DNA from: Aequorivita sp.
GTDB lineage: Bacteria > Bacteroidota > Bacteroidia > Flavobacteriales > Flavobacteriaceae
DNA length: 34,187 nt
Assembly (NCBI GenBank): GCA_036724225.1
Contig: DAIMFZ010000002.1
Location: forward strand, 1-34,187
Direction of reading: 5' to 3'
A program made the position numbers and the translations under genes. Positions within the stretch are counted from its first letter, which is position 1. The number at the start of each line of letters is the position of its first letter. The notes beneath the pieces were generated by a model. It saw only the letters and a list, made by a program, of their open reading frames with translations, ran no database searches and was not told the DNA's origin. This document shows, one piece after another, positions 1 to 6,878 of this stretch.

Positions 1-477
1 CTGGACTATATGGCGGGCTATGACCCCCTAAGCGAGGTCGAGACCCAAAAGGCACAAGAAAAGGAACAACAGGACTTCGAGCTCATACAAAGCGTACTGC
101 CCCTATTGGATGCCGAGGGAAAACACCTTATTGAGCTTTGCCTTAAATACGGCTTTAAATATAAAGCCATTGCCGAGGCCATGGGCAGCAGCGTTACCGA
201 TACCAGCCTTAAGGTAAAACGGGCAATTGCCGCAATCAAGACTATCATCGATCAGGGCGGGACGCTAAACAGCAAACAAAAGCCTGCCACTATCAAGCTA
301 CAAGGCGCGATGACGCCAGCACAGGCAGAGGTACTCAAACTCCGTTGTGAAAAAAAATATTCCTTCGCCGCCATAGCCGAAACCCTCAACCGCTCCCAAA
401 AGGAAGTGCACAGCGAATTTATGTCAGCTTATAAACTATTACAGGAAAAACACCAACAGCAACCCCAATCAGCTTAA
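1..477 (+). CDS. rpoE: ECF/sigma-E-like RNA polymerase sigma factor, C-terminal part (5' end outside window), with two tandem sigma-4-like HTH modules
   Basis: Frame is open from base 1 (LDYMAGYDP...), so the gene probably starts upstream. Two sigma-4-like segments: LPLLDAEGKHLIELCLKYGFKYKAIAEAMGSSVTDTSLKVKRAIAAIK and MTPAQAEVLKLRCEKKYSFAAIAETLNRSQKEVHSEFMSAYKLL. Stop at 475-477 is 1 nt before the next ATG. The sigma-2 region is not visible, so the sigma call rests partly on context. Confidence 0.72.
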   Translation: MDYMAGYDPLSEVETQKAQEKEQQDFELIQSVLPLLDAEGKHLIELCLKYGFKYKAIAEAMGSSVTDTSLKVKRAIAAIKTIIDQGGTLNSKQKPATIKLQGAMTPAQAEVLKLRCEKKYSFAAIAETLNRSQKEVHSEFMSAYKLLQEKHQQQPQSA

Positions 478-478
478 T

Positions 479-1579
479 ATGGAAACGAATACACTAAAAC
501 TGACCAGAAAGCTACAGCTAGTGATCGACCTGCCCACTCTAGAGGAGCGCAAAGTGGCCATGGGCAAGCTGTACCAATGGCAGAACCGTGCCTATCGCGC
601 TGCCAACCTTATCGTCTCCCACCATTATATACAAGAAATGATACAGGAGTTCCTATATCTCTCGGAAAAAGTGCAGTACAAACTAACCGATGAGAAAAAG
701 GACCCGCTCGGTATCCTAAAACAGTCACGCAACAATACCACCTACCGCTTGGTGTCAGACCGCTTTAAGGGCGAAATCCCAACCAACATCCTCTCCAACC
801 TCAATCGCGCCCTCCTCCTTTCTTTTAACAAGGAGAAATCCGCATACTGGAAAGGCGAGCGCTCGCTAAAAAACTTTAGAAGAAATATGGCCTTCCCCTT
901 TGCACCAGATGAGTGCATCCACTGCCTCCACTATAACGAGGAGAAAAAGGCATTTTGCTTTCGGCTGTTCAAAATTCCTTTCCGTATCTATTTGGGCAAG
1001 GATTTCACCGACAAGCGAAAACTGTTGGAACGGGCAATCGCCGGAGAGACCAGCATTCGCACCTCCCATATCAAACTAAAGGACGGTAAGATATTTTGGC
1101 TGGCGGTTTTTACAATAGAAAAGGACAAACACCAACTGAGGACCGAAGTAATCGCAGAAGCTTCCCTATCCTTAGAATATCCCATCGTAGTAAAGGCCGA
1201 TGGCACTAGACTAACCATTGGCAGCAGGGAAGAATTCCTGCACCGAAGGCTGGCCATTCAGGCAGCACGGAAACGCGCTCAAGCCGGCGCCACCTTTTCC
1301 CGATCAGGTAAAGGCACCAAACGCAAATTAAAGGCGGTGGACAGATTTCATGAAAAGGAACGCAATTATGTCAACAACCGCCTCCACCTGTACAGCAGAA
1401 AATTAATCGATTTTTGCGTAAAAAAGCAGGCAGGAACACTGGTATTATTAAATCAGGAAGACAAGATTGGGATAGCCAAGGAGGAAGAATTCGTATTGCG
1501 CAACTGGAGCTATTATGAGTTGATGGAAAAGATAAAATACAAGGCCGAAAAAGCCGGCATAGAACTCATTGTCGATTAA
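479..1579 (+). CDS. cas12f: Nuclease-dead Cas12f/TnpB-family RNA-guided DNA-binding protein (dCas12f), 366 aa
   Basis: Cas12f-like blocks: WKGERSLKNFRRNMAFPF; GKGTKRKLKAVDRFHEKERNYVNNRLHLYSRKLIDFCVKKQAGTLVL; LRNWSYYELMEKIKYKAEKAGIELI. RuvC-I GIDLG reads EASLS (S229) and RuvC-II xxMEDL reads LVLLNQ (L324). The protein stops before the CxxC Zn finger and RuvC-III. Confidence 0.88.
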   Translation: METNTLKLTRKLQLVIDLPTLEERKVAMGKLYQWQNRAYRAANLIVSHHYIQEMIQEFLYLSEKVQYKLTDEKKDPLGILKQSRNNTTYRLVSDRFKGEIPTNILSNLNRALLLSFNKEKSAYWKGERSLKNFRRNMAFPFAPDECIHCLHYNEEKKAFCFRLFKIPFRIYLGKDFTDKRKLLERAIAGETSIRTSHIKLKDGKIFWLAVFTIEKDKHQLRTEVIAEASLSLEYPIVVKADGTRLTIGSREEFLHRRLAIQAARKRAQAGATFSRSGKGTKRKLKAVDRFHEKERNYVNNRLHLYSRKLIDFCVKKQAGTLVLLNQEDKIGIAKEEEFVLRNWSYYELMEKIKYKAEKAGIELIVD

Positions 1580-1619
1580 ATAAAACGCAAAAGAATATTT
1601 GTACATCCATAAGCAAAAT

Positions 1620-1677
1620 CAACAACAACAACCGACAACCGACAACACTCGTCCACCAAAGCTTTAGCGTAGGTGGA
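1620..1677. repeat. Short CAA/CAACCGA tandem repeats followed by a REP-like hairpin (TCCACC-N14-GGTGGA)
   Basis: caacaacaacaaccgacaaccgacaac at about 1620-1646; tccaccaaagctttagcgtaggtgga at 1652-1677. Confidence 0.55.
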
Positions 1678-1691
1678 GACAACAGAAAACC

Positions 1692-1775
1692 GAGGGTGCT
1701 TGTACACCCATAAGGTGAGGCCTCGGCACTCACTAAATGCGAAATCATATACAACGCGTGGGTTCTCTCTTTTTT
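1692..1775 (+). ncRNA. Putative guide RNA 1 of dCas12f: scaffold 1692-1755 plus guide-like segment from 1756 (GCGTGGGTTCTCTC, then T-rich tail)
   Basis: Scaffold repeated at 1858-1923 (58/66 aligned positions identical). Stems GGGTG/CACCC and GTGAG/CTCAC. Loop TTGTA is complementary to the terminal TACAA. Ends in ...ACAAC like Cas12f repeat 3' ends. Lies just downstream of the cas12f gene. Exact ends are inferred. Confidence 0.72.
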
Positions 1776-1820
1776 AAGAAGTTCTTTAATTGTTTATCGA
1801 TAATTGAGTATTATTTATTA

Positions 1821-1852
1821 TTTGGAATTTGGAATTTGTGATTTGGAATTTA
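1821..1852. repeat. TTTGGAA-type heptamer tandem array (4 units) between the two gRNA-like repeats
   Basis: tttggaa tttggaa tttgtga tttggaa ttta. Confidence 0.75.
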
Positions 1853-1857
1853 TCCAA

Positions 1858-1942
1858 GAGGGTTCTTGTAAACCCACAAGGTGAGGCCTACAGCACTCAC
1901 TAAATGCAAAAAGCATATACAACGCGCGGGCTCTCTTATTTT
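1858..1942 (+). ncRNA. Putative guide RNA 2 of dCas12f: scaffold 1858-1923 plus guide-like segment from 1924 (GCGCGGGCTCTCTT, then T-rich tail)
   Basis: Second scaffold copy. Stem 1 is GGGTT/AACCC, a compensatory change relative to copy 1. Stem 2 GTGAG/CTCAC, stem 3 ATGC/GCAT, 3' TACAAC. Confidence 0.72.
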
Positions 1943-1976
1943 AATTAGCCTAAATTACGGATAAAAAAACTACCCA

Positions 1977-2723
1977 CTACCCAACCCCCAACACCTCAAC
2001 CCCCACAGCATTTGCACTTTTAAACAAATAATAAGTACTGTCCACCTCCTGATAAAACTTCATCCCCAAAACCGCCATCGGCGTACCGTCAACCTCCGGC
2101 AAGTCAGTAGTCATTTCAAAAGAAGTAGCACCGTAGTTCCTATCCATATACAGCGGGGCACTGTTCTTTAAACGGTATGCTAACGTGTCAAAGTCAAAAT
2201 GCAACAGCCCCAGCGCAAGTGCCATATGTGTGGCCCCAGAGGGAAATTTCACGCTTTTTATATCAAAGTTCGTTACCCTAAGTGTCCGCGAACTAAAATC
2301 AAATTCAACTGAGGCTGCCAATACATCTATAACATTACACAAAGGCGTAAAAACAAAACTGCGGAGCAACTGCCTGCCCTTGGGCGTTTCCAACCCGCGA
2401 CCCACCATCCTATTCCCCCGACTGCTCACGGGGTCCAGATCCTTCAACTTGGTAAACATTTGTACCATCCGTCCATGGAGCTCCCCATCCTTTCGCACAC
2501 ATAAAAATGGAGCGAGGGCAATTTTAAAAGCCTTCTTTGTCTTACTGCACCGACCAAACTCCGAAGCATTTTCCATAGTCCGCACCAAGCTTTCCTTGTT
2601 CTTCGGATTCTTGCTGAAACCCCCTCCAGCCTCACGCGCCAGATCCCCCCCGTTTTTGGTTTTATAATAATTAATATCTCCTATAGTACCCTTTAATTTA
2701 ATAATCCCTGTCTGCTTTGCCAT
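1977..2723 (-). CDS. Conserved Bacteroidota hypothetical protein, 248 aa, basic N-terminus
   Basis: Clean 248-aa ORF. The N-terminus MAKQTGIIKLKGTIGDINYYK...RTMENASEFG resembles a recurrent uncharacterised flavobacterial family. No function recognised. Confidence 0.8.
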   Translation of the reverse strand: MAKQTGIIKLKGTIGDINYYKTKNGGDLAREAGGGFSKNPKNKESLVRTMENASEFGRCSKTKKAFKIALAPFLCVRKDGELHGRMVQMFTKLKDLDPVSSRGNRMVGRGLETPKGRQLLRSFVFTPLCNVIDVLAASVEFDFSSRTLRVTNFDIKSVKFPSGATHMALALGLLHFDFDTLAYRLKNSAPLYMDRNYGATSFEMTTDLPEVDGTPMAVLGMKFYQEVDSTYYLFKSANAVGVEVLGVG

Positions 2724-2776
2724 AATATGAAGTTTTTAAAAAGGCTAATATAACAATTAATATAATATAGTCCTAC

Positions 2777-2842
2777 TTTAAAGCGTATTTAAAGTAACTT
2801 TATAGTGAGTTTATAGTATCTTTATAGTATGTTTATAGCGAA
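2777..2842. repeat. Six head-to-tail 11-bp direct repeats (core TTTAWAGY) upstream of the 248-aa gene
   Basis: tttaaagcgta tttaaagtaac tttatagtgag tttatagtatc tttatagtatg tttatagcgaa. Confidence 0.8.
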
Positions 2843-2938
2843 TATGAAGCATATTATACTTATATAAAGTAAATACGTATCCTATATAAGAAAATGCTAG
2901 AAAGTAAATAAAATGAGAGAGGAAAAGTAATAGTACTC

Positions 2939-5431
2939 TTAAAAACTAAACCCAAACACCCCAGTTATCCCAAACTTTCGGGCATCGGGATGGTCCAAAT
3001 AGTTCCCGCGGAAGTTGAAGTCCAACCTAAACACTCGGAAGATGTTGCCCACACCCACGCTCCATTCCCAATAGATATCCTCGGGTGCCTGGTAAACAAT
3101 GTTTGAAGCGTTCAAATTCTTGTTTTCTTGTGAAATGCTACCATAGATAGCCCTAAAACCAACTACTTCCCGCAGATCCAGTTTTCGCAATAAAGGAATA
3201 CGCGAAAAGATGCGCCCCCCAAAGTTGTGCTGCAAGTGAAGTGAAGTATAAGTGTCGCTAACGAATTCGTAGTAATCCAATTGGGTAAAAGTGTTGTATA
3301 TACTAAAATAGGTCTGGTTTCCAGGAATTGGATTCAGCAAGCTCAACGGCACCGCTCCAAAGGTCTTCCCCACCTCAACCGTGGAATATAAACGTCCAAT
3401 ACCCCCAATATTCCACGGCTGTGTATAGAGTGCCTGTACTTTCTTATAGTCAAAATCGCCGCCCATCACATCTTTCAATCCATAACTATAACCTGCATAG
3501 AAAGAAGGGAAATCGCCTTCGTTTATAACGGTACGTTCAACGCCATAGCCAGAGGTTTTTCTTCCTGGGGCGTATAAAAATCCAAGTTGTATTTCAGCTT
3601 GCTTTAGTTCGCTTTTCACATCACCCGTAAAAACGCCATCTTCCATTACCTTATAATCAATGCTGAATGTATCCGTGGCAGATTCCAACGTTCGGTAGGA
3701 ACCCGTTAAGCGTAAAATAAAATTCTTCCAAGGTTCAATATCAAAACCAACGGTACTTAGGTTTATTCGCGAAAGCCTGTCATTTGACCCCACAGACAAC
3801 AGTGAAGAAGAAGCAAGGCTGCGCCCCAAAACGTCATTGCTATTGGTGAGGCTGGCGCCTGTTTGTTCCACATCGCGGCGATTGCCGCCAAAAACGGTAA
3901 GCCGCGATTTTCGATCTAAAAGCCACTTGGCCGAGATTCCGTATTTGAACCTATCATCCTTAAAACCATAAGCCCCAAAACCTTCAAACCGCCATGGGTC
4001 GTTTTGGCTAAAGTAGGTGCGCCCGCCCAAACGAATACGCATCCCTTCGGACTCGTTGAAACCGAAAATTGAAAATACAGGCCCTACATCAAAATTGTTT
4101 ATTTCGTAATATCCACTCGCCAGCGTGGCGCCTATATTGTACAATGCCTTGAAACGCCGAACGGTTTTTAGGGTGTCCAACATTTTGTAAACACCCTTCT
4201 CATCCTTGCTCAGCTTCTCCATCCGGTTTTTTTCCCAAAACTCATCCGGTCTGTTATAAACTTCAAAATTGTAGGGATCTACCTGTTTACTGTAGAATTT
4301 TTTGTCTTTCGGAATATTGAAGACATAGTTGTCATACAAGGTTGTGCGTTTCCCATAAATACCCTTCGCCTCCTCTTTTTTCCGAAAACTGAAATCGCTC
4401 ATAAAATAATCGCGGGTTATCAGGAAAATGGAATCGTTCAGCACATCGAACTCCTGTTCAATATACACATCGCGCACCCAGTTTAGATTTGCACTTTTGG
4501 AAGCTTGTAGGTTTATTTCCTTAATGGCCCAAGTGGTGTCATTTACCCAAAAATCGCCTTTAAAGGTCAGTTCGTTTTTTCGGCGGGGGTAATACACTAT
4601 GTTGTAACACCATTTATTGTCGCGATAGGCACTGTCTCGCAACACATAGTTATAAACATCTATCCCAGTGCGGGAAAGTGGGCTGGTAAAGGCTTTGTCG
4701 AAAAACTTTAGGTAATTGTCATAAACGTCATATTCGCTGTAAAGATCTTTTACGAAGGCGATAAGGGTTTGATTGTTGTCAAAACCAGAATTTTTGTTTC
4801 CCTGCAATACTTCCTTTTCTTCTTTCAGCGAATTATCGCCATACACTTTTGAAGAAGCTTCGTTTATGAATATAGGCAAATACGAATTTCCAGTAACGCT
4901 TGAAGTATCGGTCTGGTCAAAAATGAATTCCATTCCCTTGAAAATCTTGCTATTGATGAGCGCGCTGTCTATGGTATTTAGATCAAATTCAAGTTTCTCG
5001 TATTTATCGTAACTGTATTGTTTGAATTTTTTCACCCCGTTTTCCCTTCGGTTTTCCCATATTTTCCGTAGAATGTCAATAGCAGGATTGTTCTTTTTTG
5101 AAGTTTTCCCCGAATAAATGAATACTTCGTCCAGCGCATCAGCACTTTCTTCCAAAACCACCGCCATATTGTAGGTGCTTCGCGAAGTGAGCTCTACTTC
5201 TTTGGTAGTAAAGCCAATAAATGAGAAAATAACAGTTTTGTAGGTTTTGCTGCTTTCCAAATAAAAACGTCCATTTTCGTCTGAAATGGTTCCTTCCTGC
5301 GAATCTTTAAACAACACATTGGCGAAAGCAACCGGATAGCCCGTGTCATCTTTAATAACGCCGCTAACTTTGGTTTGGGCAAATACCGAAGCACTAAAAA
5401 TCAAGAAAAAAACAATTAAAAAATGCTTCAT
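2939..5431 (-). CDS. Outer-membrane protein with N-terminal carboxypeptidase-regulatory-like domain and DUF5686-type C-terminal region
   Basis: Signal peptide MKHFLIVFFLIFSASVFAQ (start re-placed at ATG 5431). CarboxypepD_reg-like motif VSGVIKDDTGYPVAFANV...GTISDENGRF...SFIGF. C-terminal Phe (GVFGFSF). Confidence 0.85.
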   Translation of the reverse strand: MKHFLIVFFLIFSASVFAQTKVSGVIKDDTGYPVAFANVLFKDSQEGTISDENGRFYLESSKTYKTVIFSFIGFTTKEVELTSRSTYNMAVVLEESADALDEVFIYSGKTSKKNNPAIDILRKIWENRRENGVKKFKQYSYDKYEKLEFDLNTIDSALINSKIFKGMEFIFDQTDTSSVTGNSYLPIFINEASSKVYGDNSLKEEKEVLQGNKNSGFDNNQTLIAFVKDLYSEYDVYDNYLKFFDKAFTSPLSRTGIDVYNYVLRDSAYRDNKWCYNIVYYPRRKNELTFKGDFWVNDTTWAIKEINLQASKSANLNWVRDVYIEQEFDVLNDSIFLITRDYFMSDFSFRKKEEAKGIYGKRTTLYDNYVFNIPKDKKFYSKQVDPYNFEVYNRPDEFWEKNRMEKLSKDEKGVYKMLDTLKTVRRFKALYNIGATLASGYYEINNFDVGPVFSIFGFNESEGMRIRLGGRTYFSQNDPWRFEGFGAYGFKDDRFKYGISAKWLLDRKSRLTVFGGNRRDVEQTGASLTNSNDVLGRSLASSSLLSVGSNDRLSRINLSTVGFDIEPWKNFILRLTGSYRTLESATDTFSIDYKVMEDGVFTGDVKSELKQAEIQLGFLYAPGRKTSGYGVERTVINEGDFPSFYAGYSYGLKDVMGGDFDYKKVQALYTQPWNIGGIGRLYSTVEVGKTFGAVPLSLLNPIPGNQTYFSIYNTFTQLDYYEFVSDTYTSLHLQHNFGGRIFSRIPLLRKLDLREVVGFRAIYGSISQENKNLNASNIVYQAPEDIYWEWSVGVGNIFRVFRLDFNFRGNYLDHPDARKFGITGVFGFSF

Positions 5432-5443
5432 ATTTTTATTATA

Positions 5444-5484
5444 AAATCTCAAATGACAAATCCCAAATTCCAAATAAATTCAAA
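5444..5484. repeat. AAATTCC-type heptamer array (reverse complement of the TTTGGAA arrays)
   Basis: aaatctc aaatgac aaatccc aaattcc aaataaattcaaa. Confidence 0.6.
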
Positions 5485-5516
5485 AACGGAAAAATCAAAG
5501 AAATACTATCTCTAAT

Positions 5517-5704
5517 TTAAGATTTATCGATTATTGCTGAAAGAATTTTTTTAAGTTCCGTGGCTTCTTGTTTCAAATCATCTACTCCTTTTTCATTTGG
5601 CAAATCGTCATTTTCAATGTCTTGATGAAAAGACGAATGTCTTTTGCAAATAACAAAGTCCATTCTACCAGGTAATAGGGTTTATTATTTGAAGATTCAG
5701 ACAT
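5517..5704 (-). pseudogene. Four-helix-bundle protein (TIGR02436/IVP-like) remnant with internal deletion and frameshift
   Basis: Minus strand from ATG 5704 gives MSESSNNKPYYLVEWTLLFAKDIRLFIKTL, a family-like N-terminus. Another frame gives NDDLPNEKGVDDLKQEATELKKILSAIIDKS*, a family-like C-terminus. The central conserved SxxANxxE region is absent. Confidence 0.7.
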
Positions 5705-5715
5705 TATTTATTTTG

Positions 5716-5824
5716 TTTGGAATTTGTCACGTTAACAATCAGGATTGTTTTTTGGAATTTATTTCTTATTTGAATTTTGGGATTTATTTGTAATTTGGTG
5801 CTTGCTATTTGGAATTTGGAATTT
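5716..5824. repeat. Degenerate TTTGGAA heptamer array
   Basis: tttggaatttg (5716), tttggaattta (5751), tttgggattta, tttgtaatttggtg, tttggaatttggaattt (5808-5824). Confidence 0.7.
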
Positions 5825-6802
5825 TCATTTATAAAGAACTTTCTTTACTGCCTTAACCACATCTTCACTATTTGGCAACCATTCTTCCAACAAAACTGGG
5901 GAAAACGGAGCAGGCGTGTCTGCTGTATTAATCTTTACAATTGGGGCATCCAAATAGTCGAAAACTTGTTTTTGTACTTGGTAGGTTATTTCGGTAGAAA
6001 CGTTTCCAAACGGCCAAGCTTCTTCAAGAATCACCAAACGATTTGTTTTCTTTACAGATTCAAAAATTGTATTATAGTCCAATGGGCGCACGGTACGCAG
6101 GTCGATAATTTCACACTCGATGCCTTCTTCTGCCAATGTTTCAGCGGCTTTATAAGCTTCTTTTATAATTTTTCCGAAGGAAACAATGGTTACATCTTTC
6201 CCTTTTCTTTTAATTTCTGCAACGCCCAACGGAATTAAATATTCGCCTTCGGGCACTTCGCCTTTATCGCCGTACATCTGCTCACTTTCCATAAAAATAA
6301 CGGGGTCGTTATCGCGAATGGCACTTTTCAACAACCCTTTTGCATCGGCAGGATTGCTCGGCACCACTACTTTCAACCCTGGGCAGTTGGCGTACCAGCT
6401 TTCAAAAGCCTGGCTGTGCGTGGCTGCAAGTTGCCCCGCAGAAGCCGTTGGCCCGCGGAAAACAATCGGAATATTGAATTGTCCGCCGCTCATTTGGCGC
6501 ATTTTGGCAGCATTGTTTATTATTTGATCAATCGCAACAAGAGAGAAGTTAAAGGTCATATACTCAACAATCGGCCTGTTCCCATTCATGGCACTGCCAA
6601 TGGCGATACCCGAAAACCCATTTTCCGAAATTGGGGTGTCAATAACGCGTTTGGCTCCAAACTCGTCCAACATTCCTTTACTGGCTTTGTAAGCCCCGTT
6701 GTATTCAGCCACTTCCTCACCCATTAAATATATGGTTTTGTCGCGGCGCATTTCTTCGCTCATCGCTTCGGCTATTGCCTCTCTGAATTGTAATGTCTTC
6801 AA
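5825..6802 (-). CDS. pdhB: Pyruvate dehydrogenase E1 component beta subunit
   Basis: FREAIAEAMSEEMRRD, GEEVAEYNGAYK, RVIDTPISE, IDQIINNAAK, ATHSQ, IIDLRTVRPLD. TTG start. Confidence 0.95.
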   Translation of the reverse strand: MKTLQFREAIAEAMSEEMRRDKTIYLMGEEVAEYNGAYKASKGMLDEFGAKRVIDTPISENGFSGIAIGSAMNGNRPIVEYMTFNFSLVAIDQIINNAAKMRQMSGGQFNIPIVFRGPTASAGQLAATHSQAFESWYANCPGLKVVVPSNPADAKGLLKSAIRDNDPVIFMESEQMYGDKGEVPEGEYLIPLGVAEIKRKGKDVTIVSFGKIIKEAYKAAETLAEEGIECEIIDLRTVRPLDYNTIFESVKKTNRLVILEEAWPFGNVSTEITYQVQKQVFDYLDAPIVKINTADTPAPFSPVLLEEWLPNSEDVVKAVKKVLYK

Positions 6803-6878
6803 AATAGTACTTATTAATTATTTATAATTTTTATTCCCCACAAATTGAATTTTGTCCAAACCCATATTCCATTCTTTC

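Noticed and set aside
479..1579. Active IS200/IS605 or IS607 element (TnpB) or active type V-F nuclease
   Set aside because: No tnpA or element ends visible; catalytic residues and Zn finger absent; coupled to a sigma-like gene.
1692..1942. Canonical CRISPR array
   Set aside because: Only two ~65-nt units with a ~100-nt low-complexity gap and no cas1/cas2. Better described as tandem single-guide-like RNAs.
2185..2667. 160-aa plus-strand ORF and the many other antisense/nested ORFs in the track
   Set aside because: Shadow frames of well-supported genes, with no recognisable motifs.
5432..5473. N-terminal extension MEFGICHLRFYNKN of the DUF5686 protein
   Set aside because: Derived from heptamer repeats; the signal peptide begins at ATG 5431.
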